The notes under the pieces are model-generated. The model was not told the origin of the DNA, ran no database searches, and saw only the letters and a program-made list of their open reading frames with translations. From NCBI GenBank assembly GCA_963762255.1, contig CAVXKA010000001.1, forward strand, positions 1,408,001-1,472,000: DNA of 64,000 nucleotides, read 5' to 3'. Shown here one piece after another: positions 1 to 8,135 of the stretch (its first letter is position 1; each line of letters starts with the position of its first letter). The DNA comes from Candidatus Eiseniibacteriota bacterium (GTDB lineage: Bacteria > Eisenbacteria > RBG-16-71-46 > JABDJR01). Both the position numbers and the translations under genes were made by a program.

Positions 1-172
1 GTCATCTTCTGGTGGCCTCCCTATCCTATCTCTTGCCGGCGGGGCCTCGTGGGTTGTGGTCCGAACTTGCGAGGCGGGGGGAACGCCTTGCGCCCGTGGA
101 AATTACTCGGGTTGCGGGGGGTGAGTCAAGCGAAGCGGGCGCTTCGCCCCGTGGGCCGGTTAGGCGCGCTGG

Positions 173-757
173 TCAGCAGACGAGATCCCGCACCCTGCCA
201 AACAGCTCCTCATCGTCGACGTTGGTGTAGATGGTGGTTGTGAGCGGCGACGCGTGCCTCGCGAACCGTTGGGCGAGGAAGAGGTCGTGGGACATCCGGT
301 AGACAGAAGTTATTGCGGCGTGTCGAAGTGCATGGAACCCGTAGAAGCGGTCGAACCCCGCGCGCTCCTGCCAGGTCTTGAAGGTCATCTGGACGCGGCG
401 TTTGGAGATGCGGTGGCCGGACTGATTGCAGAAGAGGGGCGACGAAGGCGTCAACGACTCACCCGACCTCACCTTGTACCCCCAGGACCTCACGAGCTTC
501 GGCCCCAGGGCGTCCGGCAGGAACACGTCGCCGGCGCGGCCGCCCTTGGCGATCTCTTTGCGCAGTCGAATCCGTGAGCGCGGCCGACCGTCCGACGTGA
601 ACACATCGCCCACGTTCAGGCCGACGATCTCCGACAAGCGAAGTCCGGTTCCCAGCGCCAGCGAAAAGATCAGGTGGTCGCGGGGATGCGAGGCCGAAAC
701 CGCAAGCAGGGATTGCTGTTCAGAGCGGGTCAGGGTCGCGGGACTCAGGTAGGGCAT
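173..757 (-). CDS. Short tyrosine recombinase (catalytic domain only, FimB/FimE-like size, 194 aa)
   Basis: Catalytic motifs GLRLSE (R), AKGG (K), HALRH, RHAS and IYT (Y). GGAGG RBS upstream. No N-terminal SAM-like domain. Confidence 0.92.
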   Translation of the reverse strand: MPYLSPATLTRSEQQSLLAVSASHPRDHLIFSLALGTGLRLSEIVGLNVGDVFTSDGRPRSRIRLRKEIAKGGRAGDVFLPDALGPKLVRSWGYKVRSGESLTPSSPLFCNQSGHRISKRRVQMTFKTWQERAGFDRFYGFHALRHAAITSVYRMSHDLFLAQRFARHASPLTTTIYTNVDDEELFGRVRDLVC

Positions 758-781
758 CGGTTACCTCCGAGGACATTGGGC

Positions 782-814
782 AGCCGAGACGCGACGGGGT
801 CAAGGGGAACCGGG
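782..814 (-). promoter_or_regulatory. 33-bp conserved motif, copy 1, containing a TTGACC -35-like box facing the recombinase
   Basis: AGCCGAGACGCGACGGGGTCAAGGGGAACCGGG matches 3381-3413 at 31/33. The minus strand reads TTGACC-N17-CCCAAT. Confidence 0.6.
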
Positions 815-925
815 GGGTTGATGACTCCATCCCGCACTTGATTCACACCAAGCGCCGGAGTAGCTTGAACCTCTCGGCACGCTTCAAGTCTGCTGTTCAC
901 GGGTGAGAGACCGCGTTCCTCAACG

Positions 926-2215
926 ATGGAGACTGCCATGTCCCGCAGGCTGATTCCTTCTGCCGCCGGAAGTACTTTCTTGCGTCTGCCCCAGTGCTTC
1001 ACGCTGGCCGCGCTAATAGTCTTGCCGCTTGGTTGCGGCGGCGACGAACCCAGCAAGCCGGTTGTGGTCGCCGTGGACCCGGCTACGGCATCCGTGAGAG
1101 TGGGCCGTCCGCAACAGTTCACGGCCACCGTAACGGGTGCTGAAAACGCGGCAGTGGTGTGGTCCTTGGATGTGGATACCATGGGCGGGACGATCAGCGC
1201 ATCGGGCGTGTACCTCGCGCCTATCGGCGTACCAAGCCCGGCGACGACGACGGTACGAGCTACAAGTCAGGCAGACCCCACAAAGAGCGGGACGGCAACG
1301 GTGACCGTTGTTCGTGCCGGACCCGAGCCCTCCGAGTTCGTACATGTTCGCGCGGGCCGGTTCACGATGGGTGATGGCAGCCCCAGTTCCGGCTGCGGGA
1401 TCGAGACGCAGGACGTTACCCTAACGCACGACTTCTACATCGGCCCCACCGAGGTGACGAATCAGCAGTACTTGGAGATGGTCCAGTGGGCCTACGACCA
1501 GGGGTACGTGGCTGCCGGGGGGGGCGTAGTATATGACCGACTGGATTGGAGAACGGCGAAAGAAGCCCCACTCTTGTACATGGCGGCCGTGGGGTCGGAG
1601 ATCACCTTCTCCGATGGAGTGTTCTCGCTTCGGGACGCTGGTCACGGGATCAACCCGGATCACCCGGTGAAGGAAGTGACCTGGTATGGGGCGGTGGCGT
1701 ACTGCGACTGGTTGAGTCTCGAGGAGGGTCTGTGGCGCGCCTACGATCACACCACCTGGATTTGTAATAGCGGTGATCCCTATTCGGCGAGGGGTTTCCG
1801 GTTGCCGACGGAGGCGGAGTGGGAGTACGTGGCGCAGTACGACGACGAGCGGATCTACCCATGGGGGAATGAATCGCCGAGCTGCGATCGGGCGAACTAC
1901 TCCAGCTGCAACACCGGCTGGACTGCGCCGGTGGGCACGCAGGCCGCCGGGCCCGAGAAGGTGATCGGAGGCAAGGGGCTGTACGACATGGCGGGGAACG
2001 TGTGGGAGTGGTGTAACGACTGGCACGATTGCTTAGGCACGGCGCCGATGGAGAACCCGCCAGGGCCTTCAGCGGGGACCTTTCACGTCTTTCGCGGAGG
2101 GTCGTGGGGCAGCGATGTCCAGTACCTCCCGCGCGCGTACCGGTACCAATTCGGCAACCCACGCTTCAGGAATGCCAACACCGGGTTTCGTGTCGCCAGA
2201 ACCGTGAATCCCTGA
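926..2215 (+). CDS. Lipoprotein with Ig-like domain and FGE-sulfatase (SUMF1/CLec) domain
   Basis: Lipobox LPLGC; Ig-like segment VAVDPATASV...ATVTV; FGE motifs EVTNQQY, RLPTEAEWEY, GLYDMAGNVWEW, RGGSW and GFRVAR. Confidence 0.9.
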   Translation: METAMSRRLIPSAAGSTFLRLPQCFTLAALIVLPLGCGGDEPSKPVVVAVDPATASVRVGRPQQFTATVTGAENAAVVWSLDVDTMGGTISASGVYLAPIGVPSPATTTVRATSQADPTKSGTATVTVVRAGPEPSEFVHVRAGRFTMGDGSPSSGCGIETQDVTLTHDFYIGPTEVTNQQYLEMVQWAYDQGYVAAGGGVVYDRLDWRTAKEAPLLYMAAVGSEITFSDGVFSLRDAGHGINPDHPVKEVTWYGAVAYCDWLSLEEGLWRAYDHTTWICNSGDPYSARGFRLPTEAEWEYVAQYDDERIYPWGNESPSCDRANYSSCNTGWTAPVGTQAAGPEKVIGGKGLYDMAGNVWEWCNDWHDCLGTAPMENPPGPSAGTFHVFRGGSWGSDVQYLPRAYRYQFGNPRFRNANTGFRVARTVNP

Positions 2216-2216
2216 C

Positions 2217-2274
2217 TCGGCTCCAGCGCGTCTGGCAGGAACACGTCTTCGGCTCGGCCGCCCTTGGCGATCTC
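2217..2274 (-). pseudogene. 58-bp fragment of a paralogous short tyrosine recombinase
   Basis: 52/58 identical to 499-556. Encodes EIAKGGRAEDVFLPDALEP versus EIAKGGRAGDVFLPDALGP. Confidence 0.85.
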
Positions 2275-2351
2275 GCAGATCTGCGCCCGCCGACAGCCCG
2301 ACCCGTCCTCACGGTGGCGAGACCTGGGGGGGAGACCCGGAAAAGTCTTAC

Positions 2352-2564
2352 TTAGTCCCCCTCATCCTCTGCGTCGTGCTGCTCCGGAACACCCTTGACG
2401 AGTCTGCTGGGGGGGGCTTCCTGGATGATCCTCGGAACATCATCTGGGGAGGGCTTGACACCCTCCTCAACGTAGTTGATGAGATCAGGGTCCTGGGGCG
2501 GTATCACGATGAGCGGGGGCACTGGTCTTGGAGTTGAGGGCTTCTCGCCCTGGTCTTTGTTCAT
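2352..2564 (-). CDS. Small Pro/acidic hypothetical protein (70 aa)
   Basis: Internal ATG of ORF 2352..2909 with GGAGA upstream. Sequence begins MNKDQGEKPSTPRPVPPLIVIPPQDPDLINYVEEG. Overlaps the 3' end of the upstream gene. Confidence 0.45.
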   Translation of the reverse strand: MNKDQGEKPSTPRPVPPLIVIPPQDPDLINYVEEGVKPSPDDVPRIIQEAPPSRLVKGVPEQHDAEDEGD

Positions 2565-3177
2565 GTATCTGGATTCTCCCGGAATCTGGATCACACCCAG
2601 TTCCGATGTCGGGTCGGCACGGCGATGGTACCAAGATGATTGGGCTTTCGTCGCATGGATGGGCACCGAACACGAGAGCAGTGAAGAAGAGGATGAAGAG
2701 GACCAGGGCGGCACCAAGGAGCCGTCCTGCCAGCCGCAGTGAGTCGAAGTCCTTCTTAAGGACGCTGGCGTTGTGAGTGTGTGCACAAAGAAGATTGCCG
2801 AGAAGCTGAAGTTCGACTTCTCGCTTTGGGCGGGCGATATACTTAGTTGCAAACCGCGTCGGCTCCGGATCATCGCGCAGGACCTTGGGAAACGCCGTGA
2901 ACAGCCCAAAGAACAGAACTGCCCCCAAAAGCAGGACTATCGAGATCCAGAGCCAGGGAGTAATAGCGTGAGCCCAGGAATCAAGACATTCCTTGTAAAG
3001 CACCGAGCGAGACTGAAGAGTGCCAGTGAACAAGAAGCTGGTCGCGGCAAGCAACAGACCGGACTTCGTACGGAGACTTGCCCGTTGATTGCCTTGGTTT
3101 GTGATGCGAGCCTGAGTCTCCCGAATGATGAGATCGAGGGTCTCAGGGTCACCTTGAAGATCTTCTTCGGTAGCCAT
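2485..3177 (-). CDS. Three-TM membrane protein, hypothetical
   Basis: Hydrophobic segments SGLLLAATSFLF, WLWISIVLLLGAVLFFGLF and LLGAALVLFILFFTALVFGA, separated by helical linkers. Confidence 0.7.
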   Translation of the reverse strand: MATEEDLQGDPETLDLIIRETQARITNQGNQRASLRTKSGLLLAATSFLFTGTLQSRSVLYKECLDSWAHAITPWLWISIVLLLGAVLFFGLFTAFPKVLRDDPEPTRFATKYIARPKREVELQLLGNLLCAHTHNASVLKKDFDSLRLAGRLLGAALVLFILFFTALVFGAHPCDESPIILVPSPCRPDIGTGCDPDSGRIQIHEQRPGREALNSKTSAPAHRDTAPGP

Positions 3178-3380
3178 ATTGTGTGTACCAACGTACCACA
3201 GCGTCAGGAATTCCGGAATCCCTCGACGATTGCCTCTCTAGCCATGGCTCCGGAAGTATCGGTAGTGATTGCAGAAAGCTATCCGGCATCTAGGGGGGCG
3301 CCTGTTGGTACCCCACCGGGACTAGCGACGGACCGACCACGGGGCCCGTCGGTGGGACCAGACTTCTCGGCCCAATGGGG

Positions 3381-3413
3381 AGCCGAGACGGGACGAGGTC
3401 AAGGGGAACCGGG
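3381..3413 (-). repeat. 33-bp conserved motif, copy 2
   Basis: 31/33 identical to 782-814 and again lies in a divergent intergenic region upstream of a lipoprotein gene. Confidence 0.85.
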
Positions 3414-3520
3414 CTGGGAGTAGACTCCCCGCAGAGGGTGGCTCTTATCAAGAAGGACGGGACTTGCGGTAGGAGGAAGAGTGCCCAGCGGAGTGTGCGT
3501 CTTCTGTGTGAGGTCGGACT

Positions 3521-4546
3521 TTGAAACTCGCGTGGAGAGGTTTGTTTACACGGAGTAGAGGCAGCAGCACGCTCATGGTTGGCGTGATGTTGGCGGCACT
3601 GGGTGCGTGTTCGAACGGCCCCGCGGAGCCGGAGCTGCCAACCTGGCAACAGGGAGACGGGCCGTTCGACATCTCGCCAGACAATCGATTCGTGCTGTAT
3701 CTGCATCGCGCATCCCGCGAAGGGCCGCAGGGTGTATATATGCTGGACAGGCAGTCGGCTGACCCGCCGAGGCTGTTGTGGGAGTTCGAGACGGGCTTCG
3801 ATACTCCCTATGATCCTCGCTTCTCGCCGGACGCGACCAAGCTGGTCATGACCCGCGACTTTACGCGGGACATCTATCTCTACGACATCGAGACGGGCGA
3901 GGAGCGCCAGCTCACCTTCACAAGCGGCAACGCCAAGTCACCCGACTGGCATCCGGGGGGCGAGCTAATCGTGTATGCTAGGTACATATGTGGTTCCTAT
4001 CAGCAACCAGATACGACGTGCGGTCCGTTCATTGTTAACGTTGCAACAGGTGAAGAGACACGAATTCGACACAAAGGAGCGATGGTTACCGGCGCCGATC
4101 CTCGTTGGTCTCCGGATGGGAGTATGCTGGCGATTGCCATGGGGGTCAGGTTGGAGCATGAGACTACAACTTCGAGGTGGCACATCTTCACGGTTACACC
4201 CGATGGGAGTGCATTGACCGATGTCACCCCAGGGGAGGACACGTTCAAGTCTGATCCAATGTGGCTCTCGGATACTGAGATTCTCTATAGATCGGAGAAA
4301 AGGACGGGCGTCGCCGATGTCGACTGGCGCGTGGTCGATACAAAGACTGGGGCCATAAGAGGTTGGGAGGTCGATCTTCCCGGCGTCTCGCGTCGTGAAG
4401 TCTCCCGAGATGGCAGATACGTTGTGTACAATGACGCAGATCCGTCCGGATCATACGGGGTGCTCTATATACAAGAGACCGATGACGAGATGGGGAGGAG
4501 GCGCCAGCAACTGACGTCCTTCACACCGCTTGAAGGTGATGAATAG
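3521..4546 (+). CDS. TolB-like beta-propeller lipoprotein (PD40 repeats)
   Basis: Lipobox LGAC; repeats ISPDNR, PRFSPDAT, PDWHPGG, PRWSPDGS and VSRDGR. Start codon uncertain. Confidence 0.85.
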   Translation: MKLAWRGLFTRSRGSSTLMVGVMLAALGACSNGPAEPELPTWQQGDGPFDISPDNRFVLYLHRASREGPQGVYMLDRQSADPPRLLWEFETGFDTPYDPRFSPDATKLVMTRDFTRDIYLYDIETGEERQLTFTSGNAKSPDWHPGGELIVYARYICGSYQQPDTTCGPFIVNVATGEETRIRHKGAMVTGADPRWSPDGSMLAIAMGVRLEHETTTSRWHIFTVTPDGSALTDVTPGEDTFKSDPMWLSDTEILYRSEKRTGVADVDWRVVDTKTGAIRGWEVDLPGVSRREVSRDGRYVVYNDADPSGSYGVLYIQETDDEMGRRRQQLTSFTPLEGDE

Positions 4547-5062
4547 GGAATCCAATCGAGGAGTTCAGACTCGGTCTGTACAGCGACGGTTTCCGCCTGA
4601 CGCTCGGCGCGTTCCGGGGATCTGGTGAGGCTCATCGAAGGGGGGGGGAGCCGCATGTTTCCTACCCATTCGAAAACCGCCCTTCGAGTGGGCACCATTG
4701 CCGCCTGGGGACAGTTTTTGCCGCAAGACCGATCCCCGAAACCCATTGATTTCAAACATATATAGCTCCACCCGGACTGGGGTGCAGCCTCACACCTCCC
4801 ACGGGTGACGATAGGTTCATGTCCAGTCGAGTCGAGTGGGCACGATCGTCGCCCCCCCGAAAGACGACAACAATGGTTGTCCTCCGCTCATCATCCGGCG
4901 GGGCCGCGCTGGCTGACTCGCACGGGGGGGCAAACCAGACTGGGCCGTCACCCCCGTGAAAGGTGCGATCCCCGAAATCATGGACGGGCTTATACTGCGC
5001 GGCAGGCCGCCTGATCGTCGGACGGTCCAGCGCCCCCTTCAAGGTAGCGAGTACCAGACTGA

Positions 5063-5797
5063 ATGATGAACAGTCAGCCCATCACTCGACTATGGCGTGA
5101 TTCGGTTCTTGACGCACTGGTACGGGTGAGTTCGTCGCATGGAACCGAGTTGATCACGCGTCACACGCTTATAGAGGAGGAATTGGCCCGGATCGTCGAG
5201 GAGACTCAGTCAATCGGTACAACACCCCGACAGACACTCAGCCTCGTTCTCCAGAAACTCCGCGATGAAGGTGTGCTGCAGTTTCTCGGTGGCGGAGTCT
5301 ACCGTCTAAGCAAACAACCGATTGACATGGAACTCGCCGAACTTACCGACCCAGAGATTGATGCAGCTATTCGAGCGCACTTGCTGCGATTCGGACGTGT
5401 CAAGACAGGCGACACCAAGGCGCTATCCCAGCAGCGGCGGGGTCAACACCGAGTTCGTGTTCTGACTCTTGAGAACTATAGGAGTCGCTGCGCCCTGTGT
5501 GATGTATGTGACGGTCGGCTCCTTGTAGCTAGCCACATCGTTCCGTGGGCTAACTCCATAGATGCGAGAGGCGATCTCACCAATGTCATCTGCCTGTGCC
5601 GCTTCCATGACCCGCTCTTCGAGAGAGGTTATTGGTCACTAAGGGATGACATGTCGGTGCTTTGTCGATCACCCCTCGTCAGCAAAACGTTGCAGATGCT
5701 GCTCTCGCCTGAACTCTCCTTTGTTTTTCCGGCCGGTCACTCGCCAGAGCGCCACTACCTCCAATTCCATCGTCAGAAGCATGGCTTCGAGGTGTAG
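5063..5797 (+). CDS. Winged-helix + HNH endonuclease (candidate modification-dependent restriction enzyme)
   Basis: N-terminal RQTLSLVLQKLRDEGVLQFLGGGVYRL resembles the DpnI-type winged helix. C-terminal CALC...ASHIVPW...NVICLCRFHD is an HNH motif. Confidence 0.8.
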   Translation: MMNSQPITRLWRDSVLDALVRVSSSHGTELITRHTLIEEELARIVEETQSIGTTPRQTLSLVLQKLRDEGVLQFLGGGVYRLSKQPIDMELAELTDPEIDAAIRAHLLRFGRVKTGDTKALSQQRRGQHRVRVLTLENYRSRCALCDVCDGRLLVASHIVPWANSIDARGDLTNVICLCRFHDPLFERGYWSLRDDMSVLCRSPLVSKTLQMLLSPELSFVFPAGHSPERHYLQFHRQKHGFEV

Positions 5798-5939
5798 ACG
5801 GCTTTGCTGACTGACAGTTGTATCATCTCGCCGCTTCGTTGCCATCGTCTCCTCCGGGTCTATAGGAGAGGAATCCGGCGTGACAGACTGCGTAGGGGTC
5901 GCGGACGACCTTAGACCGACTGCAAGTAAAGGAGTGGCA

Positions 5940-6737
5940 ATGAAGTTGATGCACTGGCTGGGCCACGAAGTCGAGGTTGCGCAGAGCGCCGGTGGAGTTT
6001 TCGCATTCGTGGATCCGTGGGATGGCGTCGTCCACGGTGGCGTCACCCCCTGGCCGCCTCCCGAGCTAACCCAGAAGCTCTATCAGAGTCGCCAGGCGAG
6101 GGCGTATCGAGGTCCGGATGGAGAAGCAGTTACTCGTGTTCTGGGCCATTATTCAGACCTGCAGTCGGTGCACTCGGAAGACGCGGTCACATGGAGTCTG
6201 TTCGGCCCTCTGGCTCACGCCTTACCAGAGGTCCGGCGGCAGTTCGCCGAGCAACTGCTGCAACTCCTGGGGCTTGAGGAGAGCGTTTCAGCCGCCACCG
6301 TGTGGCTCTGGAGGCGCCTGCCGCACCCGGACAACCTGGTCCCCGGTGGCCCAGAGATCGATGTGGGCATCCAAACGGACACTACCCTGGTTCTGGTCGA
6401 GGCAAAGTGGCGTTCGGCTGTCGGGGCCGGCCAAGGCGTCGCCCGTGACAAGGACCAGATCCAGATTCGTGCCGAGTTCTGCGGGAAGTACGGGTCGCAG
6501 ATCTACCCCGGAGTCACTCGCTTTGTCGTCTTGGCTGTCGGACAAAGTCTCGGGACGTTGAATCCTGCGCAGCTGGGGCATGCGGACGGATCTGTGTCCA
6601 TCCGCGAGATGACCTGGGGTACTCTCGGAGGGCTCGGTGCGAACCCGACCGCCGGTGAATTCCGAGATCAACTCAGATGGCGAGAAGAGCACTCCCAACT
6701 TGTCGGGAAGCGTGGAGTGCCTCGTAACCGCCTCTGA
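5940..6737 (+). CDS. PD-(D/E)XK nuclease-like protein
   Basis: Motifs SEDAVTW, PEIDV and LVEAKW. AAGGAG RBS before ATG 5940. Confidence 0.7.
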   Translation: MKLMHWLGHEVEVAQSAGGVFAFVDPWDGVVHGGVTPWPPPELTQKLYQSRQARAYRGPDGEAVTRVLGHYSDLQSVHSEDAVTWSLFGPLAHALPEVRRQFAEQLLQLLGLEESVSAATVWLWRRLPHPDNLVPGGPEIDVGIQTDTTLVLVEAKWRSAVGAGQGVARDKDQIQIRAEFCGKYGSQIYPGVTRFVVLAVGQSLGTLNPAQLGHADGSVSIREMTWGTLGGLGANPTAGEFRDQLRWREEHSQLVGKRGVPRNRL

Positions 6738-6828
6738 TGACGTGTCGGTCGTCGCGGGCGCGGCCGGGCGGCAGCACGGTAGGCGGCAATTGATCCGTTG
6801 CTTCCAGCGCGAGCCACAGGAGTAGAGG

Positions 6829-7302
6829 ATGCCCACAAGCGTCTCCATGGCCAAGAATGGAATCCGCCGGGCACTCATGGCGATTCTTGATGAGTATCCC
6901 GACGAGCGGGTCATCGGCGATCTCTGGGATCACTTTTACAGTCGGTGCGCGTATTGTGGAAGACAACTGTCCCCGAGTGTCCGAGGCAAAGGCCTGGACC
7001 ATCTTATCCCAGCAGCGCAAGGTGGCTCAAACCAAGCCGCCAACCTTGTTCTCGCCTGCACCGACTGCAATGACAACCGGCGAGACCTTCCATGGGCCGC
7101 CTTCTTGAAGTCGGTGAGCGAGCCCGCTCACGTCCCTGAGCGTTCGGGGCGGATTGAAGCCTGGGTAGCACGCCATGGGGGGAGCGCGCGCCAACGGAAC
7201 GACGACCTTCGTGCAATTGCACAGCCCTACATCGAGGCAGTGCTTCAGGCGTGTGACGACGCGAAGCTGGCACTTCGGAAGATCCGAGATGGCGGCGTCT
7301 GA
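6829..7302 (+). CDS. HNH endonuclease
   Basis: CAYCG...DHLIP...GGSN...NLVLACTDCN. Confidence 0.88.
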   Translation: MPTSVSMAKNGIRRALMAILDEYPDERVIGDLWDHFYSRCAYCGRQLSPSVRGKGLDHLIPAAQGGSNQAANLVLACTDCNDNRRDLPWAAFLKSVSEPAHVPERSGRIEAWVARHGGSARQRNDDLRAIAQPYIEAVLQACDDAKLALRKIRDGGV

Positions 7303-7390
7303 CCCTTCGCTGGAATGGCCAACAGGGCTTTGCCCTGCTGCCGCTGAGTTCAGCATCCGCAAGGCACGGCTCTTCAGGAACTAGAGGAAG

Positions 7391-7879
7391 ATGGACATGA
7401 AACTTGCTGACCTGCTTTCAGTAGGCGCGCTGACCGGAGTAGTTGGGATGCTCACCGGCGTCTATGGAGCTATTCGTGCCCACCGCGCAGATCGGAAGGT
7501 GGAGAACTACCGGCGGGGCGATCGGCGTTTGGAACTGCGCAGGTTGCGGAATGACACGGAAGTCGCGGCCGAGAGCCTGATTGCCCTGCTGCCAAGGGCG
7601 TTGGAGAGCCGCCAGTCCGCTCTCCACAGACGCGGCATCCTAAAATCAAGCATCACAGAGGCTTTCGAAGCAGCGTACAAGAACGACCTGGCGGCCGCCA
7701 CGCGGCTGGCCCGCAGTGTCCCCCGCCGAGCTGAAACCTTTGACTCCCTTTCACCCAACGAACTAGATGAGAGGATTGTCGGCCTCGACCACACATGCTC
7801 TGAGATCGCCGCCTTGGCGAAGAAATACCGTGTGAGCATGGAGGAGGACGCCAGGTGGCGACCCGATGAAAGCAGATGA
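7391..7879 (+). CDS. Hypothetical protein with N-terminal TM helix and helical domain
   Basis: GAGGA RBS; hydrophobic LLSVGALTGVVGMLTGVYGAI followed by amphipathic helices. Confidence 0.65.
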   Translation: MDMKLADLLSVGALTGVVGMLTGVYGAIRAHRADRKVENYRRGDRRLELRRLRNDTEVAAESLIALLPRALESRQSALHRRGILKSSITEAFEAAYKNDLAAATRLARSVPRRAETFDSLSPNELDERIVGLDHTCSEIAALAKKYRVSMEEDARWRPDESR

Positions 7880-8135
7880 AGGTAAACATGTGCTGAAGAG
7901 CTACCGAGTCTTCACTATGGCGGCAACCTCGCCGCCGAGCCTCCGCTTGATGACAAAGATACCCTTGGCCCGGTCTGTTGGTGGCGGAGACTCGGGGGGC
8001 GGTGTGCCGAGCCGGGTTCGGGTGTAGTATCCGCCAGCGATGGGTGACAGCGTTCGCGGGGACGGGTGAGCGGCGACATCGCAGATCACTCTGCGCACTT
8101 AGACAAATCGGTTCCCATGGGGAGTAGGCCGCGTC

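Noticed and set aside
173-757. Integron integrase IntI
   Set aside because: Only 194 aa, lacking the N-terminal domain and the IntI-specific insertion. The lone GTTAGGC at 159-165 has no matching RYYYAAC.
2090-2215. FGE/CLec C-terminus as a diversity-generating retroelement variable region
   Set aside because: No reverse transcriptase and no adenine-variant template repeat were seen in the window. A remote DGR cannot be excluded.
4918-4965. c-di-GMP-I riboswitch (GGGCAAACC)
   Set aside because: The following GAAA-capped stem and the rest of the consensus are missing.
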